The notes under the pieces: generated by a model
What the model was told of the DNA's origin: nothing
Databases searched by the model: none
Seen by the model: only the letters and a program-made list of their open reading frames with translations
IMG/VR virus record: IMGVR_UViG_3300042197_001803
Span: 1 to 64,000 of that record
Source: an uncultured virus (IMG/VR IMGVR_UViG_3300042197_001803)
Lineage: Duplodnaviria; Heunggongvirae; Uroviricota; Caudoviricetes
DNA: 64,000 nucleotides
Strand: one strand, 5' to 3'
Shown: piece after piece, positions 28,667 through 38,656 of the stretch
How positions within the stretch are numbered: position 1 is the first letter of the stretch
Layout: each line of letters opens with the position of its first letter
Translations under genes and position numbers: made by a program

Positions 28667-29401
28667 TTAGACTTTACCTAATGATTCTACCAAATTTTCT
28701 AACCCAATGTTATTAGGAACCTCAACTTTAATAACTTTAAAGGTAATTACATCTTCAACTGGACTATAATTGTATGATAAAGTAATGTGTGTTTGGTTGG
28801 CATTCTCCACAACAAATGTACTAGGTTGTAAACTTCTAGAATTGGTTCTAATAAATTTATATGGAAACTTATCGGAAAGTTCTTTATAGGCTCGTTTATT
28901 AATATCTTCTCGTTCTTTTTTTAAGTTTTCCTGACGAAATAGAGTTTCAACGTGTTCGATAATTTTTTTAGCCACAGTTCTTCCTGACTTGTAATAAGGA
29001 CTTTCGTTATAATCAATGTTAGTTCTAACTTTGTATCCTTCATTTGTAGACCTCCAAGAACCTCTATGACTTACATGATGTTCACAAACTTCAATACAAA
29101 TACGGTTTCTAAAATGTTCCTCAGGTAACTTACCAACATACTTAATAGTTAAATCAAAGTATTTCAAAGGAATTCTCTCAACAGGGAATCCATCTACAAA
29201 AATGGGAAATTCATCAACCCTTTCATCCTTAATTAATTCAAAATCAGGTGAAATCTTTAACATTTCATCGAAGTATTTTTGAAAGGCCGATTCTCTGTCT
29301 CTGTGTTCTTTGGACCTTCTGTTAACGCCATCCATAACACGAGCTTTAGCATTTCTATACGATTTTAAGTATTGTTCTTTGGTTAATTTACTATTGGTCA
29401 T
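28667..29401 (-). CDS. hypothetical protein
   Basis: 244 aa; TATATTTG at 29422-29429. Confidence 0.75.
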   Translation of the reverse strand: MTNSKLTKEQYLKSYRNAKARVMDGVNRRSKEHRDRESAFQKYFDEMLKISPDFELIKDERVDEFPIFVDGFPVERIPLKYFDLTIKYVGKLPEEHFRNRICIEVCEHHVSHRGSWRSTNEGYKVRTNIDYNESPYYKSGRTVAKKIIEHVETLFRQENLKKEREDINKRAYKELSDKFPYKFIRTNSRSLQPSTFVVENANQTHITLSYNYSPVEDVITFKVIKVEVPNNIGLENLVESLGKV

Positions 29402-29436
29402 TGTTTAGGTCTTTGTTAATACAAATATACAACAAA

Positions 29437-29874
29437 TTATTTAATTTGCCTCATTAAATCCCTATTAATGTCTTTTTCTTTTATACTTTCTCTCTTGTCG
29501 TATAACTTTTTACCTTTACCTAAAACTATTTCAACCTTTAACAAACCTCTATCATTTGTAAAAATTTTATAAGGAACCAAAGTTAACCCCTTAATAAGTT
29601 CTTTTTGTAACTTTACAAGTTCTTTTTTCTTAAGAAGAAGTTTGCGTTCTCTCAATGGTTCGTGAGTGTATGATTGTTTATATTCAGGTATATTCATACC
29701 CCGAATAAACAATTCACCTTGATTAAAATAACAATAAGCGTCCACAAGTGAAACTTTACCATCACGTATTGATTTAACTTCAGAACCCATCAGTTTTATA
29801 CCAACAACAAAAGTATCTACGAAGAAATATTCGTGACTAACTTTTTTATTAACTATGTTGACTGATGACTTCAT
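29437..29874 (-). CDS. smpB: SsrA-binding protein SmpB; likely start ATG 29874
   Basis: NKKVSHEY, GIKLMGSEVKSIR, RKLLL, GKGKKLYDKRESIK; TATCTTTG at 29880-29887; track start runs through a terminator. Confidence 0.95.
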   Translation of the reverse strand: MKSSVNIVNKKVSHEYFFVDTFVVGIKLMGSEVKSIRDGKVSLVDAYCYFNQGELFIRGMNIPEYKQSYTHEPLRERKLLLKKKELVKLQKELIKGLTLVPYKIFTNDRGLLKVEIVLGKGKKLYDKRESIKEKDINRDLMRQIK

Positions 29875-29898
29875 AACAACAAAGATAGTAAAAAAAAT

Positions 29899-29935
29899 AA
29901 AAAACCCCAAAAAGTTTTTACACTTTTGGGGTTTT
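29899..29935 (-). terminator. intrinsic terminator
   Basis: AAAACCCCAAAAG...CTTTTTGGGGTTTTTT. Confidence 0.8.
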
Positions 29936-29978
29936 AAGTATTTCAACCATTAAAGAAAGGGGTTTGGCTGTGTATCAC
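29899..29978 (-). ncRNA. candidate ~80-nt small RNA or micro-ORF transcript
   Basis: TATTTAT at 29979-29985, hairpin CAGCCA/UGGUUG with loop AACCCCUUUCUUUAA, then terminator. Confidence 0.4.
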
Positions 29979-30004
29979 ATAAATATCACAATTTTTTAAA
30001 AAGT

Positions 30005-30430
30005 TTAATCTTTTGTTAAAATTTTTAAAATTAATTTATATAGTTGGTCATTTTTGTCTTCTATAGGTATATTATTAACATCAAAATAACCACACTCGGT
30101 GTGTTCATCACCGTCAATAGCGTTTTTTAAGTCAGGATTAATTTTTTCATCAACCTCCATTAAAAAAACATACATTAACCCTTTGTTTTTAGAGCCGTCT
30201 CTATTAGTTCTATTTATAAACCCAACAAGTTTTAATTTAGTTTCAGGTTTGATATTAGTTTCTTCGTAAAATTCACGAATAGCACCATCATAAGGTGACT
30301 CACCATTATTAATTTTACCCGCGGGTATTGACCACGCGCCAGGTAATGAACCTTCATTATTTCTTTTACATAACAGAACTTTATCGTCATGTTTAACTAA
30401 AACACCAGAGTACCTTTTAACTATTTCCAT
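30005..30430 (-). CDS. NUDIX hydrolase
   Basis: WSIPAGKINNGESPYDGAIREFYEETNI Nudix box. Confidence 0.9.
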   Translation of the reverse strand: MEIVKRYSGVLVKHDDKVLLCKRNNEGSLPGAWSIPAGKINNGESPYDGAIREFYEETNIKPETKLKLVGFINRTNRDGSKNKGLMYVFLMEVDEKINPDLKNAIDGDEHTECGYFDVNNIPIEDKNDQLYKLILKILTKD

Positions 30431-30450
30431 TTGAATCGATATTTATCAAT

Positions 30451-30795
30451 ATGTTAATAAATATAAATAGTAAAACTTTTAAAGTAAAATCTGTTTTTAC
30501 TGGAAAAGATATATCAAAAGGAATGATGGGTAGAAAATTTGATTCATCTTTTGATGGTATGTTATTTATTATGGAGCCAGGTCAACATTGTTTTTGGATG
30601 AAAAATTGTATTATTGATTTAGATATAATTTTCATAAAAAACAATACGATAACAAAAATACACCACAATTGTAAACCTTGTAATTCTGAAAATTGTGAAA
30701 ATTATTGTGGTGAAGGTGACTTAGTATTAGAAGTTGATGGTGGTACTTGTAAAAAGTACTCCATTGAAAGTGGTGATACCTTAAGATTTATTTAG
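30451..30795 (+). CDS. DUF192 family protein
   Basis: GMMGR...GMLF...FWMKNC..DLDIIFI...VLEV. Confidence 0.85.
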   Translation: MLININSKTFKVKSVFTGKDISKGMMGRKFDSSFDGMLFIMEPGQHCFWMKNCIIDLDIIFIKNNTITKIHHNCKPCNSENCENYCGEGDLVLEVDGGTCKKYSIESGDTLRFI

Positions 30796-32194
30796 AGTTA
30801 ATCTTTTCTTGTAAAACCTTAACAAATTCATTTTGTATCATCTTGGTGAACTTAACGTAAGGTGCATCATCAGACTCAGGGTTGTATTTGTATTTACCTT
30901 GTGGTGGTCTATTTGACCTACCTAAATAATTTAAACCTGAAATGTTGGTAATACATTTGTGACCACCACTATTCGACTGTATTAAATCCCAAGCATTTAT
31001 AGTTACTTTGTCTAAAACACTCATTTCTTCATCGCTTAATTCTGTAAATGGTTTTTCCATTATCTTACCAATATAAGTTAGAATTTCTTTTCCACTATCC
31101 ATAGTTTTAAAACTATCTCCATAAAGTGCAACAAAATCTCTAAATGTAAAACCTACTGACTCACCACCAAAATCTTTAGATGATTCGGATATCCATTTAA
31201 TAGTTGATAAAGGTATTTGTCTATCTTTTAGTTGTGATTCCCATTTTGATAACACCTCTTGAGCAATTTCACCTAAATTAACACCTTTTAATTCTCTCTC
31301 TTTTTTGAAAGGGTTACATGAAGCTTGAACCAATCCTAAAGGCCATGCGATAACCAAGAAGTCGGCTTCTGGATTATTTTTGAATGGTGTATATCTATCA
31401 TAAGAACCAGGTTTGGTCATTATACCACCACCATATTGAACAATAATATTATCCATAACATTTACGTTAGGGCTTGTTTTCATTTGTTCTATATACGCTA
31501 ATTTGTTTTTTTCTAACTCTTCAACACCAACATAACCTTTTTCTTTCATAATTCGTTTTATGTTCATAACCAAATTAAGTAAAGATGGTGATGATTTTAA
31601 GACAAGTTCCTCAAGAAACCCTGGTTTGTTTTTAAAAGCTAAAAGTAATTTGTTAGCGACTAAACCAAGTGCTCTTTTATTTTTAGCTAAAGATTCGTCT
31701 TTATCTAATTTAAATAAATAAGAAATTACTTCATCAACACTAACTTCGTTTGACGCATAGTTGGCTGAGTCAACCATTGATATTAATTGTATATCTTCAG
31801 GCGTAAAAACATCTTTTGGTGATACTACTTGAGATATGGTTTCTACGTTTGAGCGAGAAGCTCTGAATGAGGTTGACTTTGTATCTTCAGCCCCAGCCTG
31901 TCTATCATGATGGTCCGTGTGAATAACAAACATTGGTTTACCGTGTGCAAAATCAACTAAAACAGGCATTGTATCGCCCTGAGCGTCATTCTTTTTAACC
32001 GCAAACTCTTTATCGCCATATTGAATTACGTGAGCATCAACAACTTTAATACCATTGTTTTCTAGATATTTTTTCATTGCTAAAGCTGTGGTTACACCAT
32101 CCAAATCTTGGTGAAAATATATTTCAGCCTTTGGGTATCTTTTAGCCAACTTATTTATATCTCTAAGTCCGCTCTCTTTAATTAATTTTTTCAT
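30788..32194 (-). CDS. DHH-family phosphoesterase-like protein
   Basis: HQDLDG, VDF, TDHHD and C-terminal SGGHK. Confidence 0.7.
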   Translation of the reverse strand: MKKLIKESGLRDINKLAKRYPKAEIYFHQDLDGVTTALAMKKYLENNGIKVVDAHVIQYGDKEFAVKKNDAQGDTMPVLVDFAHGKPMFVIHTDHHDRQAGAEDTKSTSFRASRSNVETISQVVSPKDVFTPEDIQLISMVDSANYASNEVSVDEVISYLFKLDKDESLAKNKRALGLVANKLLLAFKNKPGFLEELVLKSSPSLLNLVMNIKRIMKEKGYVGVEELEKNKLAYIEQMKTSPNVNVMDNIIVQYGGGIMTKPGSYDRYTPFKNNPEADFLVIAWPLGLVQASCNPFKKERELKGVNLGEIAQEVLSKWESQLKDRQIPLSTIKWISESSKDFGGESVGFTFRDFVALYGDSFKTMDSGKEILTYIGKIMEKPFTELSDEEMSVLDKVTINAWDLIQSNSGGHKCITNISGLNYLGRSNRPPQGKYKYNPESDDAPYVKFTKMIQNEFVKVLQEKINSK

Positions 32195-33303
32195 TATACA
32201 AGTTTTGCGGGTCCGCCAAGTAATCCACCGATTATTGTTGATAGTATATCACCACCTTTTCCAAGTGAAGATGCTGGTGTTGATGATGTTTGAGATGGTA
32301 GTGGAGGTGGTGGCGGTGCTTGACCCAATCCCATCTCAGAACTCCATGTTTGTTGTGCTTGTGGTGTTTGAGAATACTCTTCCCATCTTTGTTCCGCGTT
32401 AGGAATAGTTTGTTCCAACTCTTCAGGTCCCACAAAATTAGCAACACCTAACCAATCTAAAAATCCTAAATAGGTTTTGGTTCTTCTCATTAATGACCTA
32501 GTTGCTGGATTTCCACCGAATATTCTTGGGACTCCAGCATATAGTTTTTGGCCTAATTTAGCATCTGATTTCATATACTTCCACCAAGAATTTTTCATGT
32601 CTTTATAACCACTAAAAACTTTACCTTCTTGTTTGGCGATTTGTTTTAATAATTCTTCTTTTTCTGCAGCGCCTAAAGCCTTTTCAGCTTTAAGTGTTGC
32701 ACCACTACGACTCGCTTTTGAAAATATTTGAACATATTCTTCAACGGCATTAACCAACCCTTTACCAAGACCTGGTACTCTACCAACTGAGTTTCGTAAC
32801 AATTCAACTAATTTTGTTCCCCATGTCGGAGCCTTTTCAACCATTTTTGCAATTGGTCCACCAGCCTTTTTAGCGGTAGACGCTATTTTAGCAGCATCTT
32901 TAGCAACAACCGCCGCTCTAAACGCTTTGGTTGCGGAACCTCCAACTTTTAAAACACCAATAACAGGTTTGGCGATAGCGTCTCCTAAGAATGGTAATAC
33001 TGAAACCCATGATAATATAGCAAAAAGTTTATCACCTTGTCTCCAATAACTTATACCATTAACCAAATCAACAATCCCTGTCGGGTCAAAAATACCAACA
33101 ATATCACCAACAGTATTATACCATTTATCTTCTTTAAGAAGTGGTTTTTTTTCGGGATAAACCACTTTTAACATTTCAACAACAATTCTTTTGTCTTTGT
33201 TAGATAATTTATTCCATTTTTCATTAAGAATTTTATGGAATTCTTCTTGATATATCTCAAATATTCTATCTTTTAATTCGGATTCTGTAACTATTTTAGG
33301 CAT
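32194..33303 (-). CDS. Ala/Gly-rich protein with pre-toxin-TG-like segment, probably virion/ejection protein
   Basis: DIVGIFDPTGIVDLVNG...SVLPFLGDAIAK; KIVTESEL leader; TATTTAT at 33319-33325. Confidence 0.55.
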   Translation of the reverse strand: MPKIVTESELKDRIFEIYQEEFHKILNEKWNKLSNKDKRIVVEMLKVVYPEKKPLLKEDKWYNTVGDIVGIFDPTGIVDLVNGISYWRQGDKLFAILSWVSVLPFLGDAIAKPVIGVLKVGGSATKAFRAAVVAKDAAKIASTAKKAGGPIAKMVEKAPTWGTKLVELLRNSVGRVPGLGKGLVNAVEEYVQIFSKASRSGATLKAEKALGAAEKEELLKQIAKQEGKVFSGYKDMKNSWWKYMKSDAKLGQKLYAGVPRIFGGNPATRSLMRRTKTYLGFLDWLGVANFVGPEELEQTIPNAEQRWEEYSQTPQAQQTWSSEMGLGQAPPPPPLPSQTSSTPASSLGKGGDILSTIIGGLLGGPAKLV

Positions 33304-33360
33304 ATGATATTTTTTACTATAAATATCATAAAAATAAAAAAGAGGACTTAAAGTCCTCGA

Positions 33361-34212
33361 TTAATGTAATTCTAATTTAACTTGTTTCTTTTCGTCAACA
33401 AAATGTTGGACTCTATCTCGAGCTATTTGACAATAATTGGGTGATAATTCAATACCTAACCATCTTCTATCTAAAATCTCAGCAGCTACACAGGTAGTTC
33501 CACTTCCGTTGAAAGGGTCTAAAACAACATCATTTTTGTATGTTAATATTTTAATGGCTCTTGTTGGTATATCCATAGAGAATGTTGCTTTAGTTAAACT
33601 TTTAGTGTCCGCAAAATAGTTCCATTGTCCAAACACTAAATCAATAAATTCTCTTTTTTGAGCGTCGGTATAAAAAGTTTTGTTTCTTAAATTACCGTTT
33701 TTATCTTCAACTTCTTGTATGTTACCAACCCATTCAGGAACTCCTTTAATTTTTTTAATGTGATGTTTTTTATAAGCTAAAATTACACACTCTTTAGGGT
33801 TATAGATGTACGGTGCTGATGGGCTCATCCAAGAACCCCAAGCGGTTGTTCGGCTCCTGTGTGGAGAATCCTCTTGTAAATCAACAACTCCAAAAAATTT
33901 ATAACCAATTTTTTTCATTATTTGCCAAACTTCACTTACCATAAAAACACGGCCACCCTTGTCTTGCCTATTAATTTCATAAGGAATGTTTATTGCGATA
34001 CGACCATCATCTTTTAAAACTCTAAAAGCCTCAGTCATCCATCTTTCGGTAAACTTAAAGTATTCATCAACCAACATGTCATCATCATGAACGTCATATT
34101 CAATACCAACTCCGTATGGTGGTGATGTAACAATTAAATCAACACAACCTTCAGGTAGTGTTTTCATTACTTCAGTACAATCCCCATTTATAATTTTTCC
34201 TGTTTCAATCAT
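33361..34212 (-). CDS. N4-cytosine/N6-adenine DNA methyltransferase (beta class)
   Basis: TSPPY near N-terminus, LDPFNGSGTT near C-terminus. Confidence 0.92.
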   Translation of the reverse strand: MIETGKIINGDCTEVMKTLPEGCVDLIVTSPPYGVGIEYDVHDDDMLVDEYFKFTERWMTEAFRVLKDDGRIAINIPYEINRQDKGGRVFMVSEVWQIMKKIGYKFFGVVDLQEDSPHRSRTTAWGSWMSPSAPYIYNPKECVILAYKKHHIKKIKGVPEWVGNIQEVEDKNGNLRNKTFYTDAQKREFIDLVFGQWNYFADTKSLTKATFSMDIPTRAIKILTYKNDVVLDPFNGSGTTCVAAEILDRRWLGIELSPNYCQIARDRVQHFVDEKKQVKLELH

Positions 34213-34218
34213 TGTATT

Positions 34219-34365
34219 TTATTTTAAGATAAACATTACCCCAAAAATTAGTAATGTTACGATAATAGTAATGAAAACTAATTTAATAAACAAGTCAAAA
34301 GTTTTATAATTTCTTTCAACTTGTTTTTTAGTTCTGCCTTGCCATTCGTCTCTATTCCACTCCAT
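34219..34365 (-). CDS. small membrane protein (48 aa, not in ORF track)
   Basis: MEWNRDEWQGRTKKQVERNY + C-terminal hydrophobic helix. Confidence 0.6.
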   Translation of the reverse strand: MEWNRDEWQGRTKKQVERNYKTFDLFIKLVFITIIVTLLIFGVMFILK

Positions 34366-34579
34366 TGTTTTCAAGTTTTTTAATATGATGTTCCAAGTAC
34401 CAAAGAGCCTTTTTAAGGTCTTCTAATTCTTTTTTAGGGTCTTTCTTACCCGCCCTTGAGATGTATTTAACAGTATTACCCAAACTAAACCCTAATCCCC
34501 AAGCATCAATTACTTTTATCGCTTCATAAACATTATTTTCACCCCCATAATGATTGGGGTGGTTAATCATTTCTCCCAT
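34352..34579 (-). CDS. DUF3310 family protein
   Basis: INHPNHY...GNTVKYISRAGKK...EDLKKALWYL. Confidence 0.9.
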   Translation of the reverse strand: MGEMINHPNHYGGENNVYEAIKVIDAWGLGFSLGNTVKYISRAGKKDPKKELEDLKKALWYLEHHIKKLENNGVE

Positions 34580-34584
34580 AATAA

Positions 34585-35826
34585 TCAGTCGTTAAATATT
34601 GAACCGTTTCTTCTTTGAACGTTATTAAAATTAAATTGAATTTCTTTTGACGAAACATTAGCTTTAGAGTTCATAGTTTCCATGTCAACAACGTAGTCTT
34701 CATCGTTTTGATATTCATCAAGTAAATCGTCGTTTTTAATAGTTCCGTTATATTTCTTTATGATTTCTTCGATGTTTTTCATACCTACATTACTATACAT
34801 GTTATTTAAAGTATTGTGTAATTCTTCAGCCATTTTCATACTTTCTGAAATTACCTGTACAATTTGGTATGGATTTGCGTTAGAAGCTGGTCTTCTATCT
34901 TCCAAATATCCTTTCCAACCATCATAAGTTTGTTTTGGTATTCTAATTGAAGCCCCTCTATCACTAACACCGTAAGTAAATTTATCAATAGATTGTGTTT
35001 CGTGTTTACCAGTAAGTCTCATGTAATTGTCAGTACCATAAACCTCAATGTGTTTATTTTTTCTACTATCAAAAGCCTTAAATATTGAATTAAAGTAGTC
35101 TTCACCACCTTCTTCCCTCATTCGTTTGTTTGAGAAATTTGTGTGTAATCCTGAACCATTCCAATCTTGATTACCTAATGGTTTTGGGTGATATTCAATA
35201 TAGTAGCCATATTTTTCAGAAATTTTTTCCATAAAATACCTTGACATCCACAAATCATCACAGGCCTTTAATTTACCTTTACCAAACACCTGATACTCCC
35301 ATTGACCTAGTGCGACTTCAGCGTTAACACCAGTAATATCAATACCAACATTAATACAAAACATCATGTGTTCCTCAACCAAATCCCTACCAACTACATT
35401 ACCCCCAACTCCGCAATAATATTTACCTTGAGGTTCTAATCCAAGATTTGGGTGTTTTATTGGGTTATGACCTAAAACAGGTCGGTACTTACCTTCTCTA
35501 ATAAAATATTCCTGTTCAAATCCAAACCAAAAGTTATTATCATCCTCAATTAGCGCCCTGTGATTTGATTCATGTGGTGTTCCATCAGGATTCATCACTT
35601 CACAAAATACATAAACTTTTTTATCGTTTTCTCTATATAGTCTAACAGGTTTTAAAATACAATCTGATTTTGACCCCTCAGCTTGTTTGGTTGATGAACC
35701 ATCAAAATTCCATTCAGGAATTTCTTCTAATGATAGTGGTGGATGACTTAAAATTTTAATTTTACTTCTTAAGTTTGGTTCAGGTAAATAACCATCTAAC
35801 CAAACATATTCAATTACTTGTTTCAT
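34585..35826 (-). CDS. glnII: glutamine synthetase type II
   Basis: EYVWLDG, WNFDGSST, GFEQEY, NAEVALGQWEYQ, DWNGSGLHTNFS, RLTGKHET, DRGASIRIP, YLEDRRPASN. Confidence 0.95.
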   Translation of the reverse strand: MKQVIEYVWLDGYLPEPNLRSKIKILSHPPLSLEEIPEWNFDGSSTKQAEGSKSDCILKPVRLYRENDKKVYVFCEVMNPDGTPHESNHRALIEDDNNFWFGFEQEYFIREGKYRPVLGHNPIKHPNLGLEPQGKYYCGVGGNVVGRDLVEEHMMFCINVGIDITGVNAEVALGQWEYQVFGKGKLKACDDLWMSRYFMEKISEKYGYYIEYHPKPLGNQDWNGSGLHTNFSNKRMREEGGEDYFNSIFKAFDSRKNKHIEVYGTDNYMRLTGKHETQSIDKFTYGVSDRGASIRIPKQTYDGWKGYLEDRRPASNANPYQIVQVISESMKMAEELHNTLNNMYSNVGMKNIEEIIKKYNGTIKNDDLLDEYQNDEDYVVDMETMNSKANVSSKEIQFNFNNVQRRNGSIFND

Positions 35827-35833
35827 ATTTAAT

Positions 35834-36103
35834 TTAATTTATTTTCGTTATGTAATACTTGCAAATTTTAAAACTTTTTTTATACCCATCCCTAATAGAA
35901 AAAGAAGGTTTTTTAGTAATATGAAAACCTATTTCTTTTTCACCGAACCTAACATAAAAGTCATAATCGTTAATACCAATTGATAAACGATATTTCAAAA
36001 AAGTCACAATATATTGTTTTCCGTGTCCGTCAACAACATACCTATTTGTTTTTAACAACGTAGTACCCTTTTGATATTTGACTTTCTTCGATTTCACCTT
36101 CAA
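35834..36103 (-). CDS. hypothetical protein (start uncertain)
   Basis: open frame in operon. Confidence 0.45.
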   Translation of the reverse strand: MKVKSKKVKYQKGTTLLKTNRYVVDGHGKQYIVTFLKYRLSIGINDYDFYVRFGEKEIGFHITKKPSFSIRDGYKKSFKICKYYITKIN

Positions 36104-36230
36104 CTATTAACTGGTCTAAAATTTTTTGTGTTTCTTCTTCAGATACTCTCAAAATATAGTTACTTATGTAAGATATGTGAACAGGTAATCTTAATTTTGA
36201 GATTAATAATTTATATTGTTTTTGATTCAT
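36042..36230 (-). CDS. small winged-helix-like protein
   Basis: PVHISYIS...ILDQLIVEGEIEES..KGYY. Confidence 0.55.
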   Translation of the reverse strand: MNQKQYKLLISKLRLPVHISYISNYILRVSEEETQKILDQLIVEGEIEESQISKGYYVVKNK

Positions 36231-36417
36231 GATATTCTTTTAACTTGGTTTTAATTTCACTAATATCTAACCCATCACAATACCATTTATAAACTTCATT
36301 AGAAATAGTATCTGTGAATATAAAAGCGTCGGCACTAAATAATTTATCCAAAGATTTTTCATTTGAGATATACTCTTCAACCATTTTTTGACTCACATAT
36401 CTTTTATTAAAACCCAT
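36211..36417 (-). CDS. hypothetical protein
   Basis: MGFNKRY, 68 aa. Confidence 0.65.
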   Translation of the reverse strand: MGFNKRYVSQKMVEEYISNEKSLDKLFSADAFIFTDTISNEVYKWYCDGLDISEIKTKLKEYHESKTI

Positions 36418-36419
36418 AT

Positions 36420-37202
36420 CTACGCCAATAACTTTTTATTACTTATATTTCTGACGTTACGTTGCTGATTTATAAAAGAAGATATTTTTCTTTTTGAAAT
36501 TGGTAATAGAGTTTCTTCTATTGGGAAGATGTCTTTGGACTCAATCTCAAATAAAGGGTACAAACTTTCGTTATCAGTTTCGTAACTTTTAGAAAAATTA
36601 GATAAAATATCTGTAATAGTCAAATCTTTTTGAGGTCCGAAATATATTAATTTGGTCGTTGTTTTAGTTTGACCTTTAGTTTTATAAACTCTTTTTATTG
36701 TGTACTTCCAAACGTATATATCATCACCTGTTTTGAAGTAGAAAAATCCGTTTTTGCTTTTAATATTGTTTTTATTTTTTTTAATAACCACCTCAACAGA
36801 ATCATACACAACAGACCATATAGACTTTGCAAAACCAAAGTAATCATACAGTTGTGGTTGACTATTACTCAATATCTGATGATATTCAACAATCTCTTCT
36901 TCCGATAAAACAGGGATATCTTTTGTTTTTAAATCAGTTATTAATAACTCATCATCATTTGTTAAAAATTTTTTATGAGTATATAATATTTTATTCTGAT
37001 TAATTAATGTTTGTATATTACCTAAATGTAGGGATAGTTCAATAAACATTGGGTAAACTTCCATGTTTTCCAAATGTTTATTAAGTTTTTGAAAATAGTC
37101 TAAAAGTACATATTGTTTTTGCTCCGCATCTAAAATACCTTGGAATATCCAATCAGTATCCATTATGAACTCGACTTTTTTATGACCTCTTCTTGCTTTC
37201 AT
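36420..37202 (-). CDS. hypothetical protein
   Basis: 260 aa; DWIFQGILDAEQKQYVLLDY...FPIEETLLPISKR. Confidence 0.75.
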   Translation of the reverse strand: MKARRGHKKVEFIMDTDWIFQGILDAEQKQYVLLDYFQKLNKHLENMEVYPMFIELSLHLGNIQTLINQNKILYTHKKFLTNDDELLITDLKTKDIPVLSEEEIVEYHQILSNSQPQLYDYFGFAKSIWSVVYDSVEVVIKKNKNNIKSKNGFFYFKTGDDIYVWKYTIKRVYKTKGQTKTTTKLIYFGPQKDLTITDILSNFSKSYETDNESLYPLFEIESKDIFPIEETLLPISKRKISSFINQQRNVRNISNKKLLA

Positions 37203-37244
37203 TTTATTTTAAATATAGAAGAGAATTATTCATAAATGAATACT

Positions 37245-38585
37245 TTAATTAATTCTCATTATGTAATAATCTTCCCCATTAATATTAATAGTGTCGTAAT
37301 TACCGTCATAAGAATTCATTAATCCGTAACCTTCTTCATCCGCTAAACCTTTAGCTAATTCGTCTTCATCAACAAAATCTTTAATATTTAACCCATATTC
37401 TTTAATATAAAACATTGGGTTGCGTTCTACATCGTACAGTTTATCTTCAAGGACTTCTTCAATCATTTCGTCGGTAGGTTCTGTACTAGGTACAATTTCT
37501 TCTTTCTCAGATTCAAGTTTGTCTATTAGGTTTTGAAAATCCTCATAATAATTGTCGTAATTTTCGTCATCAGGGTCTAATTCGTTTTGTTCTCTTTCGT
37601 AATCTTCGATTTCAACTTCAATTTCAGATATTCTTTGTTCTTGTTCAGGAGTTAATTCAAAATCATCATCATTAAAATAAACATCAGGATTTTGATATAT
37701 ATCATCTCTCCACCAGTCCTCAAAATAATCTTTTAAATAATCTTCATCTATATAATTTTCTATAAAACTTTGATTAAAACCTTCAATACCAACATCGTCA
37801 ATGTAATTTTCAGCGTATTCTAAAACAGCATCATCCATTTCAGTTTCAGTCCCAACAGTATATTCTTCATCTCTACTAAGTAAATTTTCAAATCTTTGTA
37901 AACCATAGTGTTCACCTGCAGGATATAAAACATAAACATCACTTTTGTCACTAATCAAATCATCAATTTCTTCCTGTAAATTATCAATCTGTTCCTGAAG
38001 TTCATCATCTTTTTCATTCCAGTCTTCATCGTCCATACTAAGACTATCTTTTTCAGTTTCTAATCTTTCGATTTCACTTCTATTTTGACTTATTTTTTCT
38101 TTTTCATCTTCACTTAACGATTCTAAAGTCCCATCACCAACCAAATACTCAAAAAGGGCATTTGCTTTAAGACCTAAATCATCTATATCAGGATTGTTTA
38201 AATTCCAATCATCAGATTCTCTGTACTCATCCATTTCATTTGATTTAGCTCTTTGTCTAGCAGCAATTCTTTTGGTTTCAACAGGGCTACCATAATCAGA
38301 AACATACCCTTTAACTTGAGTATTACCTAAATCGGAAATTTTAGTTCTACCAATTGATAGATTACCTTGAATGTATCCAATATTACCTAATGAATCTGTT
38401 GGTGTGTTTGATAAATCTAAATTACCTGTTATCCATAAAGGTTTACCTTCAAATCTAGGTAGTTTACTAATACCTTTACCGTGGTAACCCGATAGTTTCA
38501 TTAATTCCACATATTCTTCAGGTGATATCTTATAGTAAGATTCCTCGGGTAATGATTGTTCTAATAAACGTTCAAGTTTTCTCAT
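37245..38585 (-). CDS. highly acidic coiled-coil protein
   Basis: 446 aa; short GNLDLS/GNLSIG repeats; RLLEQ leader; TATTTAT at 38590-38596. Confidence 0.75.
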   Translation of the reverse strand: MRKLERLLEQSLPEESYYKISPEEYVELMKLSGYHGKGISKLPRFEGKPLWITGNLDLSNTPTDSLGNIGYIQGNLSIGRTKISDLGNTQVKGYVSDYGSPVETKRIAARQRAKSNEMDEYRESDDWNLNNPDIDDLGLKANALFEYLVGDGTLESLSEDEKEKISQNRSEIERLETEKDSLSMDDEDWNEKDDELQEQIDNLQEEIDDLISDKSDVYVLYPAGEHYGLQRFENLLSRDEEYTVGTETEMDDAVLEYAENYIDDVGIEGFNQSFIENYIDEDYLKDYFEDWWRDDIYQNPDVYFNDDDFELTPEQEQRISEIEVEIEDYEREQNELDPDDENYDNYYEDFQNLIDKLESEKEEIVPSTEPTDEMIEEVLEDKLYDVERNPMFYIKEYGLNIKDFVDEDELAKGLADEEGYGLMNSYDGNYDTININGEDYYIMRIN

Positions 38586-38656
38586 TCTTATAAATACTAT
38601 TATATAAAATAAATATTATGTTTGATTTACAAATAAACAAATATTGGTAATATTTA

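Noticed and set aside
29875-29946. N-terminal hydrophobic extension of SmpB in the ORF track
   Set aside because: It is the translation of a terminator and promoter; ATG 29874 matches normal SmpB length
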